64,000 nucleotides of DNA. It comes from Octopus sinensis. Taxonomy: Eukaryota. Where the stretch lies: the NCBI RefSeq assembly GCF_006345805.1, contig NC_043001.1:15872001-15936000 (forward strand), in the 5' to 3' direction. The notes beneath the pieces were generated by a model. The model saw only the letters and a list, made by a program, of their open reading frames with translations, had not been told where the DNA came from and made no database searches. Numbering within the stretch: position 1 is the first letter of the stretch; every line of letters starts with the position of its first letter. The translations under genes and the position numbers were made by a program. Positions 12,522 through 24,688 of the stretch are shown here, in pieces.

Positions 12522-12937
12522 TATTTCTTTATTGCCTACAAGGGGCTAAACACAGAAAAGACAAACAAGGACAGACATAGGTATTAAGTCGATTATATCA
12601 ACCCCAGTGCGTAACTGGTACTTAATTTATCGACCTCGAAAGGATGAAAGGCAAAGTCGACCTCGGCGGAATTTGAACTCAGAACGTAACGACAGACGAA
12701 ATACCTATTTCTTTACTACCCACAAGGGGCTAAACACAGAGGGGACAAACAAGGACAGACATAGGTATTAAGTCGATTACATCGACCCCAGTGCGTAACT
12801 GGTACTTAATTCATCGACCCCGAAAGGATGAAAGGTAAAGTCGACCTCGGCGGAATTTGAACTCACAACGTAACGGCAGACGAAATACTGCTTAGCATTT
12901 CGCCCGACGTGCTAACGTTTCTGCCAGCTCTCCGTTC
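12522..12937 (-). mobile_element. SINE family D, head plus about two tandem body units
   Basis: Reverse complement of GAGCTGGCAGAAACGTTAGCACG...; body unit repeated at the AAAGAAATA|GGTATTTCGTC junction. Confidence 0.85.
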
Positions 12938-13473
12938 ACCACCACCAACACCACCACCACCACCACCACCTCCACCACAACTACTAGTTCCATCACCATC
13001 ACTACTGTTAGCATTATCGTGCTGTATATAACCACCTCTACTACTGCGACCACCACGATGACCATCATTAATATATACACCCCATTCACTTATATTTCTA
13101 CCCAAGTCCTCATGGATGAGGACTGTAACAGGTGAACTCATTTATTCCCTCAGGTGAAACTTGTATCTCTCTATATATAATCCGATTGTCGTTGTTCTCA
13201 AATTGGAAATCAGACCCGAATGCTTGCGACGGTGTGAACACCTTGCTAAAGCTGTCTCCGGATCAGATGGAGGCGTTAAGCTGGGCGACGTTTTGTGTCT
13301 ATTCTGTTTTGTCTATTCAAGTGCTAAATTCCTTCCTAGTACAGGTTTTTACTACACTCGATGGTTTTCAGGTGTTCGAGAACATCGACAACATCAATTT
13401 TACCGGTCACGAAGGTGGGTCCGTAAAAAAAAAAAGGACTTAGTTCCTTCTTCCAGACTAAACTGTCATTGAA

Positions 13474-13871
13474 TCTCTCTATATATAAAGCTGAAGTTGT
13501 CTGTGTGTGTATGGCAGGTTTGGTAGCCTTCAACTAACACTATCTCCTCCGAGACCCTGCGGCGCAAGTTGACCAAAATTGAGAGTATGATAGAAGAAGG
13601 CTTGCTCTTCATTCCGTAGAAGGAAAAATTCAAATCGGACCATGTTAACACCAAAAATTATTTACATCAAAAAAGTGCATTTTTTTCTATGAAAGTCCCT
13701 ATTTCTTACGAATTTTTGATTGCTGTGTCGCCATTTTTCGGTGTATTTCAACCAGAAAAAATGTTCACTTAAAGAGAATAACAAGCTACATAATGCAAAC
13801 TTTTTACTTTCTAAAAATTTCAATTCTAAAGAGTCGAAACAAACCCGAGCAACGCCGGGCGATACTGCTAG
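13474..13871 (+). mobile_element. Non-autonomous Helitron-like element
   Basis: A|TC 5' end (TCTCTCTATATATAAAGCTG), 3' GC hairpin CCCGAGCAACGCCGGG then CTAG|T; second copy at 35527-35921. Confidence 0.75.
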
Positions 13872-13994
13872 TAAATATATATAAAATAAATAAACACCTT
13901 TCTTGTTTAGAGATGTGGGTTCGCATTCCACTGGATAACCTCCGACTTTTTCAGCGTATAAATATTGGGTCTTTAACCAAATATGTACATAGAG

Positions 13995-14345
13995 TAAAGG
14001 CGCATGGCTCAGTGGTTAGAGCGTCGAGCTCACAATCATGAGGTAGTGAGTTCGATCCCAGATCGGGCTATGTGTTATTTTCTTGAGCAAGACACTTTAT
14101 TTCACGTTGTTCTAGTTCCTTCAGCTGTAGAAATGAGTTGCGACATCACATTTGCCATGCTGTATCGGCCTTTGCCTTTCTCTTGGATAACATCGTTGCC
14201 ATGGTGAGGAGAGGCCGATATGCATGAGCGACTGCGGGTACTTTCATAAACAACCTAGCTCGGACTTATGCTTTGTAGGTGTGGGTGGATTTTCTTGGTG
14301 AAATCCGATGGTCATTCATGACCAAGGGAGGGATGGTCTTTGCCC
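13995..14345 (+). mobile_element. SINE family B (tRNA head GGCGCATGGCTCAGTGGTTAGAGCG...)
   Basis: A-box/B-box head, TTGAGCAAGACACTTTATTTCACGTTG central domain; several other copies. Confidence 0.8.
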
Positions 14346-14812
14346 TTTTACTTTATTTAAACGCTGCTATTTATAGCTTTATTTGCTTCGAGATTCACCG
14401 TTCCTAAAAAAAGAAACACCCTAACATTTTGCCATATTTTCATCCATCTTATAAAAGTGTCAAATTCCTCAAGAATGACTCACTTCGTTGCACCAAACCA
14501 CGTCGAAATATTTCACTTAAGACATTCTCCACACCTAACAACAGATGACTTTCAACTGTTTTTACCTGACCCAGTTCATATCAGAAATTTAGAATTTTAC
14601 CTCATTCCATTACATTCATTCCAAGGTCAAATTTTTTCAGAATTATTCATTCAGTTTCATCAAAATATTCTGAAATATTTTCCTGAAGACATTTTACACC
14701 TGCTAAAAAGCTGAAATAAAGAAGAAAAAAGCTCAACTTCTCTCGTGAGTAAAATCGCTACGTTTTCAGAGAAATAGTTCAGTTGTGAGATTGTGCACCT
14801 GTTAGAAAATAG

Positions 14813-15061
14813 TATTGGATTGGTGCATAATTATTGCGGCTTTTTTTCAAACAAAATTTATTCAACAGAACCAATAATATTTAACAAAAATATCTTTAAA
14901 TGACTATCTGATCGTCTGCCAAGCAAATGGGATGCAGTAATTGAAGTAGATGGTGAATATGCTCCGGAATAATCATTTAAAGACGTTTTTGCTACATTTT
15001 GTTATTGTTTTTGTTGAATTTGTTGAAAAAAAAGCCGCAATAATTATGTACCAACCCACTA
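14813..15061 (+). mobile_element. Mariner-derived MITE / internal-deletion derivative
   Basis: TIRs TATTGGATTGGTGCATAATTATTGCGGCTTTTT and AAAAAGCCGCAATAATTATGTACCAACCCACTA; retains C-terminal codons DRLPSKWDAVIEVDGEYAPE*. Confidence 0.85.
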
Positions 15062-15162
15062 TTTAATTAGCAAAAATTCATTACTTATGGAGGTATTTTG
15101 TCGTCTGGTGTCCCAGGAGTCATAAGGCCGGTTTTCCGCTTTCCATTTTTATTTATTTTCTA

Positions 15163-15348
15163 CTTGTGTCAGTCTTTAGACTGTGGCCATGCTGGGGCAC
15201 CGCTTTTAGTCAAGCAAATCGACCCCAGGACTTATTCTTTGCAAGCCTAGTACTTATTCTACCAGTCTCTTTTTGTCGAACCGCTAATTTACGGGGACGC
15301 AAACGCACTAGTATCGGCTGTCAAGCGATGGTGGGGGGACAAACACAG

Positions 15349-15382
<34 letters not shown>

Positions 15383-15543
15383 CAGGCTTCTTTCAGTTTC
15401 CGTCTACTAAATCCATTCACAAGGCTGTGGTTGGCCTGAGGCTATAGTAGAAGACACTTGCCCAAGGTGTCACGCAATGGGACTGAACCCAGAACCACGT
15501 AGTTGGTTAGCAAGCTACGTACCACACACCCATTCCTGCGCCT
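15163..15543 (-). mobile_element. SINE family A
   Basis: Reverse-complement match to 11601-12047. Confidence 0.85.
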
Positions 15544-15626
15544 ATGTATAAAAATATTGTTAAAATATTTACTGTATTGTAAAATCTGTTGCAGATAAAC
15601 AAAGCCATATATGGTCATATAGACAT

Positions 15627-16062
15627 AAGAGTGGCTGTGTGGTAAGTAGCTTGCTAAGCAACCACATGGTTCCGGGTTCAGTCCCACTGTGGGGCACGTT
15701 GGGAAAGTGTCTTTTACTCTAGTCACGAACCGACCAAAGCCTTGAGGGTGGATTTGGTAGATGGAAACTGAAAGAAGCCCGTAGTATATATATATATGTA
15801 TGTGTATGTGTGCGTGGTGTGTGTGCGTGCGTGTGTGTGTGTGTTTATACTTGCGTGTCTGTGTATGTCTCCCCAATATTGCTTGACAACCGATGCTGGT
15901 ATGTTTACGTCCCCATAGCTTTGTGGTTCGGCAAAAGAGACCGATTGAATAAGTACTTGGCTTACAAAGAATAAGTCCCGAGGTCGATTTGCTCGACTAA
16001 AGGCGGTGCTCCAGCATGGCCGCAGTCAAATGACTGAAACAAGAATAAAAGAATAAAAGAAT
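15627..16062 (+). mobile_element. SINE family A (head-to-head with the previous copy)
   Basis: Full head, CORE-like domain, SSR, tail. Confidence 0.85.
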
Positions 16063-16130
16063 GGTCTTTCCAGTGCCATGTGGACTCCGATTGAGAATTA
16101 CTGTATTAAATGACTAGAACGCTCTCCTTT

Positions 16131-16232
16131 GCATTGCTTCGGCAATACATATACTAAATCGGAACGATACAGAGAAGATTAGCGTGGCCCCTTCGCAAGG
16201 ATGACACGCAAATTCGTGAAGCGTTCCATATT
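16131..16232 (+). ncRNA. RNU6: U6 snRNA full-length retrocopy (likely pseudogene), 5' part of a U6-SINE chimera
   Basis: 5' hairpin ..TTGCTTCGGCAA.., ACATATACTAAA, GGAACGATACAGAGAAGATTAGC, GGCCCC..CGCAAGGATGACACGCAAATTCGTGAAGCGTTCCATATT; lacks the oligo-T terminator; a few substitutions versus the canonical metazoan U6. Confidence 0.95.
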
Positions 16233-16234
16233 AA

Positions 16235-16829
16235 AAGGCGACGAGCTGGCAGAAACGTTAGCATGCCGGGCGAAATGCTTAACGGTATTTCGTCTGCCGC
16301 TACGTTCTGAGTTCAAATTCCGCCGAGGTCGACTTTGCCTTTCATCTTTTCGGGGTCGATAAATTAAGTGCCAGTTACGCACTGGGGTCGATGTAATCGA
16401 CTTAATCCGTTTGTCTGTCCTTGTTTGTCCCCTCTGTGTTTAGCCCCTTATGGGTAGTAAAGAAATAGGTATTTCGTCTGCCGCTACGTTCTGAGTTCAA
16501 ATTCCGCCGAAGTCGACTTTCATCCTTTCGGGGTCGATTAAATAAGCACCAGTTACGCACTGGGGTCGATATAATCGACTTAATCCGTTTGTCTGTCCTT
16601 GTTTGTCCTCTCTGTGTTTAGCCCCTTGTGGGTAGTAAAGAAATAGGTATTTCGTCTGCCGTTACAATATGAGTTCAAATTCCGCCAAGGTCGACTTTGC
16701 CTTTCATCCTTTCGGCGTCGATAAATTAAGTACCATTTACGCACTGGGATCGATGTAATCTTCTTAATCCCTCTGTCTGTCCCTGTTTGTCCCTTCTTTG
16801 TTTAGCCCCTTGCGGGCAATAAAGAAATA
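16235..16829 (+). mobile_element. SINE family D, one head + three tandem ~180-bp body units
   Basis: Units restart at GGTATTTCGTCTGCCG after AAAGAAATA. Confidence 0.9.
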
Positions 16830-17167
16830 AGAACGGTCTCCTTTGATGTACTTATCACATAACGACATCTGTTGAGTCTAAAACTATTCAATCAATACTT
16901 GGACTACGAATTGCTCCAGCTGGTGCAGATCTGTCACGGAAGCTATATTATGTGTGAAGATTATTGCGCTTGTACAAGTCAAAGAGAGGCGTTAACTAAA
17001 AAAAAAAAACCCCGAATCGTTTGTTTTGAACTGAAAATACGGCAACTCAGTTCTTTGGCGTACGAGGTTATAGTAACACAGACAAAGTGCTTATTTGCCC
17101 TCAAGCACTGAAAAACACTCCCCTCCAGACACTTCAAAATGCTTCCAGAAACTTCTTACGCCCACAA

Positions 17168-17291
17168 CTGCCATCTTTAATAATAATAACAATAATAATA
17201 AATGATAATAATAATAATAATAATAATAATATTAATAATAATAATAATAATAATAATAATGATGATGATGATGATGATGATGATAATAATA

Positions 17292-17353
<62 letters not shown>

Positions 17354-17482
17354 AATAATAATGATAATAATAATAATAATATAATAATAATAATAATAAT
17401 GATAATAATAATGATGATAATGATAATGATATTAATAATAATAATAATAATAATGATGATGATGATGATGATAATGATGATG

Positions 17483-17519
<37 letters not shown>

Positions 17520-17533
17520 TAATAATAATAATA

Positions 17534-17573
<40 letters not shown>

Positions 17574-17651
17574 TAATAATAATAATAAGTAATATAAATT
17601 ATAATAATAATAACAATAATAATGTAATAATAATAATAAAAATAAAATATA

Positions 17652-17683
<32 letters not shown>

Positions 17684-17692
17684 TAATAATAA
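17168..17692. repeat. (AAT)n/(GAT)n array
   Basis: Seen directly. Confidence 0.95.
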
Positions 17693-17820
17693 TTCCTATT
17701 ATTATCCGTTCACTCCGCCCAACGTTTTCAGAAGTCTGTATTGGCTTTTGAGATCTGAGTGCATTCGGTACAAATGATCGTTGAAGCAACGCAGCAAACT
17801 GAAGGACTCTGCGCATGCGC

Positions 17821-17851
<31 letters not shown>

Positions 17852-17976
17852 GCTTTCTCTATCTATCTCTCTCTATATATATCACTATTTATCTATATAT
17901 CTATCTATACACACACATATACATACATACATACATGCATACATACATGCATACATACATACATACATACATACAA

Positions 17977-18058
<82 letters not shown>

Positions 18059-18230
18059 TATATATATATGTATACCAAAACACATGGATATAGTATAAAA
18101 TATATAATATACACACACGTATGAATGTGTCAGTATATATGATTTCAGGAATGTGTATATATATATATAATATATATATATATATTATGTGTGTGTGTGT
18201 GTGTGTGTGGGTGTGTTTGTGTGTATGTTT

Positions 18231-18283
<53 letters not shown>

Positions 18284-18354
18284 TCTCTTCATATATGTAC
18301 GTTGATTGATCTGTATGCATGAGAATGTGTGACCTTTATGAATTTTTGTGTCTA

Positions 18355-18431
<77 letters not shown>

Positions 18432-18637
18432 GTCTGTCTGTCTGTCTTTTTATATATGTATATATAGTTGTGTATGTGACTTCCATCCGGATGTATGGAA
18501 ATATATTCTTTCAGTTCAAAGGTAAATTTATATATTTACTTAATATGAATGTATGCAAGCAGATATACGTATGAATATGTGTGTATATCTGTAAGTATGT
18601 CATATATAATATATCATATATATATATATATAATATT

Positions 18638-18723
<86 letters not shown>

Positions 18724-18734
18724 ATATATATATA

Positions 18735-18935
18735 AATGAAAGAATGGAGTCGAACGAAGATTTTAACAAAATTCCTTTACTCTCGACACATGTTTCCCCA
18801 CACAAGAACCCGGAGTTTCTAGTTCTTCTAACCCTTGATAGGTCGCTTCAATCAACGCTCGTGTTTTTCTGACGTGAATATGCTACCCAGGTATCGGTTG
18901 AACGAATTTTCCATGCTAAGATAATTCATTCACCT
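18735..18935. mobile_element. Truncated relative of the 36257-36627 hammerhead element plus shared module
   Basis: ATGAAAGAATGGAGT.GAACGA...AACAAAATTCCTTTA.T.TCGACA.ATGTTTC matches the left arm at 36260-36319; GCTACCCAGGTATCGGTT module matches 36710-36770. Confidence 0.7.
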
Positions 18936-18936
18936 A

Positions 18937-18990
<54 letters not shown>

Positions 18991-20127
18991 TTTGAAAGGA
19001 ACAAAGACGACGAGAACAAGAGCAGCAAACAACAACATAGCTGTAGTATGTGATAATGAGAGGAATCTTACGTGGTCGGTCGTTATGCTAGAAATAATAG
19101 TTAAAGCTTTCTGAAACCACACATTACCGTTCATGAAACGATGGTCAGAGATAAAGGCAGATTGACTAAACGATACCGTGATCAGACTTGGAATGAATAT
19201 TCTCCTATTTCTATCCAGTCACAGTTGAGCAGAGACTACACAACAACAATAACAACAGCAGCAGCAACAACAACAGGAACAAATGGTTATAAATAGGCGA
19301 CGGAAGTTTCCGAAGTGTTCTATCGTTAAATGTGATACTATTAATGGTGATATGTTAATAAGTTATCTTAGTTTGTGTGTGATTACTGTAAAACCCTGAT
19401 AGAGATGGACTTTCATAATTCTATATTTCAATATGATTACACACAACACACACACAGATACACACACACATACACTCATACATACACTCATACATACACT
19501 CACACGAACACACACTCGCACGTGCGCACACACGCACTCACGCACACATACACACACGCACACAAACTCACGCACACAGACTCACACACGCACACACAGA
19601 CTCACACACGCGCTCACACACACACGCACTCACGCACACATGCATACACACACGCACGCACACACACATACTCGCACATACACACTCACAGCGCGCACAC
19701 ACACACGCACGCACACACACGCGCTCGCGCACGCACACACACACATGCACACACACACACACACGCGCACACACATACTCACACACTCATGCACACACAT
19801 GCATACATATATATGGTGGCCGCGTGAGATTTAGTAATGGAATTTCAAATCATTTGTGTTATTCTTTTAACGAAGTAAGTGGTTGTCAGTACAATGACTT
19901 AGTGTGGATTATCCTAACAAGAAGAACAAACTTCAAATATAACTTTAAAGAAAATTTCGAATATTTACCGCAACTTATCTTTCGGCTCCTGTCGATGTTT
20001 CGGTTACCATTCATCTCCTCAGTCAGTATTGTGTTAACGACAGTTATTTGTTTAGAGGCAAGTGGCTCTTGGTACTATGACCTAATGTGAATTAACCAAA
20101 TACGAAAAACAAACTCCAAATATACCT

Positions 20128-20360
20128 ATTTCTTTACTACCCACAAAGGTCTAAACACAGAGGACAAACAAGGACAGAGAAACGGATCAAGTCGATTATA
20201 TCGACCCCAGTGCGTAACTGGTACTTATTTAATCAACCTCGAAAGGATGAAAGGCAAAGTCGACCTCGGCGGAATTTGAACTCAGAATGTAACGGCGGAC
20301 GAAATACCGCTAAGCATTTCGTCCGGCGTGCTAACGTTTCTGCTAGCTCGCCGCCTTTTA
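20128..20360 (-). mobile_element. SINE family D with TSD-like AACTCCAAATATACCT (20112-20127 / 20366-20381), inserted into a ~184-bp tandem duplicate
   Basis: Flanking direct repeat seen; 19928-20048 aligns with 20366-20490. Confidence 0.8.
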
Positions 20361-21144
20361 TATATAACTCCAAATATACCTTTAAAGAAAATATCGAATA
20401 TTTACAGCAACTTATATCTTGGGGGTCATGTCGATGTTTCGGTAACAGTTCATCTCGTCAGTCAGTATTGAGCTAACGACAGTTATTTCATGAGACCCAC
20501 CTCTGTTAGTTATATATCAAGTAGGAAAGGACACAGGAACGAATCAGTCACCTTATGTATCTGTCTTAGAACGGTTATGAAAAATATGTTGTGTGTAATC
20601 AATATGGGAAATACTTGTTGGGACGATTAATTACGTGCTACGAGTTATACATCGCAGCGCAGGCGTGCATTGAACATAGGGAGCACGATTTTAATTAATA
20701 CAATGTAAGCGAGTGATAACACGTTGCCTTGAGGATAGGGTGTTGCATGATTGATAGTAAGATCATGGTTTCGATATCTGTTCAGAACAGTCGTTCTCAA
20801 CCGAGGGGGTCCATATGGCTCTTGGTGGGGTTCCAATTTGTTAAATAGAATACACAAAGTATTTAAAATTTTTTTCTTTGTAAAATACTCTGGATTTATA
20901 CATACATCCATACATACATACATACATACATACATACATACATACATACACGCACACATCCATCCATCCATACATACATACATACATACATACATACATA
21001 CATACACGCACACATACATACATACATACATACATACATACACGCATACATGCATACATACATACATACATACATACATACATACATACATACATACATA
21101 CATACATGCATACATACACACACACACACATACATACATATATT

Positions 21145-21316
21145 CTTTTGCTGCAGCACCGCATTTAGTCGAGCACATCGACCCCAGGACTAATTCTTTG
21201 TAAGCCTAGTACTTATTCTATCGGTTTTTTATGCCGAACTGCTAAGTTACGGGGACGTAAACACGCCAGCATCGATGTTAAGCGATGTTGGGGACACACA
21301 CACACACAAACATATA

Positions 21317-21405
<89 letters not shown>

Positions 21406-21535
21406 CGACGGGCTTCTTTCAGTTTCCGTCTACCAAACCCATTCACAAGGCTTTGGTCGACCCGAGGCTATAGTAGAAGACACTTGCCCAAGGTGCCACG
21501 GAATGGGACTGAACTTGGAACCATGTGGTTGGTTA
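21145..21535 (-). mobile_element. SINE family A
   Basis: Reverse-complement similarity. Confidence 0.85.
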
Positions 21536-21619
21536 GAATTTCTTTTTTTCAGAATGAGATAAAAATCCAAGGCTGTGAAGATTTTAGAACATTTATAAAT
21601 AGAAGGTCTTATATATATT

Positions 21620-21960
21620 TTTTTACCCCTCTGCGAGGTAATTTTATTTTAATTCTCTCGCAGGAAGGATTAGTTTGGCGAGTCGTGTTCTGTCTTGCTT
21701 TCGAAAAACGCTGGAGTCGAACTAGTGACAGCTGATGAAGGGGATTTTTCCTTGTGTAGTATGTCCTGTACTCTGTTTTTCTGTTATAAAAAATGGTTTT
21801 TCCGTTTTCGTTTCTCGTTGAGTTCTACGTCTAGTTGTGGTGTCCTGTACTCACGTATATATATTTATATATGCATGTATATATACATGTAGATGTAGGT
21901 ACGTACATATATGTTTGTATGTATGCATATATTTTATTTATACACTATATATATATATTA
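21620..21960 (+). mobile_element. Unclassified interspersed repeat family F
   Basis: Reverse-complement copies at 34100-34470 and 52580-52800. Confidence 0.7.
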
Positions 21961-22315
21961 TATATATAAATAAATATATATATTATATATACTGAATGGA
22001 TACATGGGTGCGAAATCAGAACGTGAGTGGCGGTACATTAGATATGTTAAAAAATTATATAGAAGTACGACAAACGGAAGATACACGCATGAAATGTTAC
22101 TAAAACCTCGTCAGTTATCTTTCAAGCAATAACTGACGAGGATTTAGCGACATTTTATGTGTGTGTGTGTTCCGTTTGTTCAGTTTGTTGTGCTTCTATA
22201 TAATTTTTGAACACATACACAAACACGCGCGAGCGCGCACACACACATGTATTAATCCCTACACATTTTTTTAACTTTCTGTTTATTTTTTTACTTTTTC
22301 CGTTTATTTCCTCTC

Positions 22316-22357
22316 AGTCCTTTCTGTCGAAGAGCATAGGCTCGAAACGTCAAGACT
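22316..22357 (+). ncRNA. Degenerate minimal type I hammerhead (core CUGUCGA)
   Basis: CTGTCGA-A-GAGC ATAG GCTC-GAAAC-GTC-AAGACT; core A6 replaced, stem I bulged. Confidence 0.45.
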
Positions 22358-22535
22358 CTTCCATTCCTTTCGAGCGTCAAACTAATACACCTGCTTCCTG
22401 TTTCCTCACCTTCCTTCAATAGTTAGATAGATAGATAGATAAATAGATAGAATATAGACATACATACATAGAATCAAGCATACACATACACATGCACGCG
22501 CGCGCACAAATACCTCGGTCAGTCTGCTTATCCGT

Positions 22536-22608
<73 letters not shown>

Positions 22609-22642
22609 CATCTATCTATCTGTCTGTCTGTCTGTCTCTGTG

Positions 22643-22829
<187 letters not shown>

Positions 22830-22877
22830 GTCTGTCTGTCTGTCTGTCTCTGTGTCTATCTATCTATCTATCTATCT

Positions 22878-24579
22878 GACAGGAGCGAAAATCAACCGGG
22901 AAAAGTCAGTGGGCTTGCGACTAGGCACCTGGAGAAGCAAGCCCATGCCGTCCACCAGCGCCTCCGTCGTGGGACGCTGGACCGACGGCCCGGTTGAGTT
23001 GCTCGGGGTCTGGTTCGGTCCGGACCTCCAAGTGGAGAAGAACTGGAACGAGATAACGAGTAGGGTGGTCACTCCCGCCCGGCAATGGGCCGAGAGGAAA
23101 CTGTCCCTAAAAGGTCGAGCGCGAGGTGGCGAACACGTACATCGCGTCCGTCATCTACTACCAGCCTGACCGCGTACCTGTCCCGACCTTACCATCACCA
23201 AACTACAACGCATCTCTTTTCGCTTCTGTGGAAAGGATGCGTCCCGATGGTCAGGCGATCCATTTGCGTCAACACCCGTTAAAAGGAGGGCTGGGCATGC
23301 CGTGGTTGATGATGCGCAGACACGCGCTGAGACTGCGACATCTCTGGCTCTATGTAGACGACGTGAACAGGTGTGGTCGCCGTTTGTGAGGCACGCTTTC
23401 CCGCAGCTCGTCTCCATGACCGAACTGCAGTCGTGGATCAAAAAGAGGCCGAGGAAGGGCGAATGGCACCGCGAGTGTCGCGTTTCTCTCAAGCAACTCT
23501 GCCGTCCTGGGTCGACCTTAAGTGACTTCAACACAACCAAAGCATTCTATAGGGGTTTAGTGGAGGGGAGGTACGACGACGAGCTCGGGGCGAACCTGGA
23601 CGTCGACGAGGAGTACCTGACCCGCCTGTTCGGGACGACTTTCGGGCCAGGGCCCATGGACAACTTCCAGAGATCCCTGGCCTGGCAGTGCTACCGAGAA
23701 GCGCTACCCGTTCGGGATAAGCTCTACAGACACGGCTCGAGAAACACGGGGCCGACCTGCCCGAGATGCGGTCAGAGCGACGAAACCGTTCTGCACGCAC
23801 TCGTTCAGTGTCCAACAATTTCCGACCTGTGGCTTATGTCGACAACTGCTGTCACGTGTGGGACGAGTCGGTTTATCAGCTGAGTCTATCGTCAATATTG
23901 TCACGCCTCCTTCCTTCAAACGGGAAGGAAGAGCTATTTTCATCATCCTTGTGGCTATGGCGAAAGAATGTATCTGGTGGACGCGTCTGAAAGGATTGGA
24001 GACAAACACTTTCCTCTCTGGTCAATCTCTCATCAACTTCTTCAAGTACCACTTGAAAAGGAAAGTGAGAGTAGAGAGGCAAGTTTTGTCTAGCGAATGT
24101 TTTAAAAAAAGATGGGTGAATGTAGAAGAATGGCACGTATGAATGACGAAGCCACCTTGAGCATAGTCAAGTCCTATGAACCCAGAAATCGAAAAAAAGA
24201 GAGTTGCTTATTTGCAAAAAAAAAAAAAAAAAAAAGAAATATAAATGTGACTTCATTGACCGAGGTTACCGTGGTCTTTTCCGTAGGCTTTTCTTTTTCA
24301 CGGGTAAACCTCACCTGTCCTCCCCTTTACACTTCATATTGACATTTCTGTGATAACGATCCCTATTGATCAATTTTTTTCTCCTCTCCCCCTTTTTTTT
24401 TTTTTTTTTTTTTTAACCCCACCCTTTTTTTTTGTCCTCTTTCTCTCCTTTTACGATCCCTTTTGATCGAAACTCCCCCTTCCTTTTTTTTTTTTTTTTT
24501 TTTTTAAACCTTCAAAAGAAAGCTCTACCTTGTAATTTGTTCTATCTGTGTGCAGCCCTGTGGGGCTAATAAAGAAACA
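22878..24579 (+). mobile_element. Tx1/L1-clade LINE, 5'-truncated, frameshifted (RT C-terminus + zinc knuckle + 3' UTR)
   Basis: GAKINREKS, LLGVWFG, KLSLKGRA, GGLGMP, FQRSLAWQCYREALPV, CPRCGQSDETVLHALVQC; ends GGCTAATAAAGAAACA followed by (TATC)n. Confidence 0.9.
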
Positions 24580-24606
24580 TATCTATCTATCTACTGTCTG
24601 TCTGTC

Positions 24607-24688
<82 letters not shown>

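Noticed and set aside
16076-16130. TATTAAAT about 25 bp upstream of U6 as a Pol III type 3 promoter
   Set aside because: The U6 copy begins at the edge of a TSD, so upstream DNA is target-site sequence; no recognisable PSE.
16285-16830. CRISPR-like or prokaryotic repeat array
   Set aside because: The units are ~180-bp SINE bodies with no unique spacers; there are no cas genes and the context is eukaryotic.
19980-20470. HHR-like CTGA(G/C)GA...GAAAC on the minus strand of the 184-bp duplicate
   Set aside because: Stem II does not pair and there is no NUH triplet.
21690-21760. Type II hammerhead in family F (GAAA..C upstream of CTGATGA; also 34310-34370 and ~26895-26945)
   Set aside because: No stem I, at most a 2-bp stem III, and no GAAA after the downstream hairpin.
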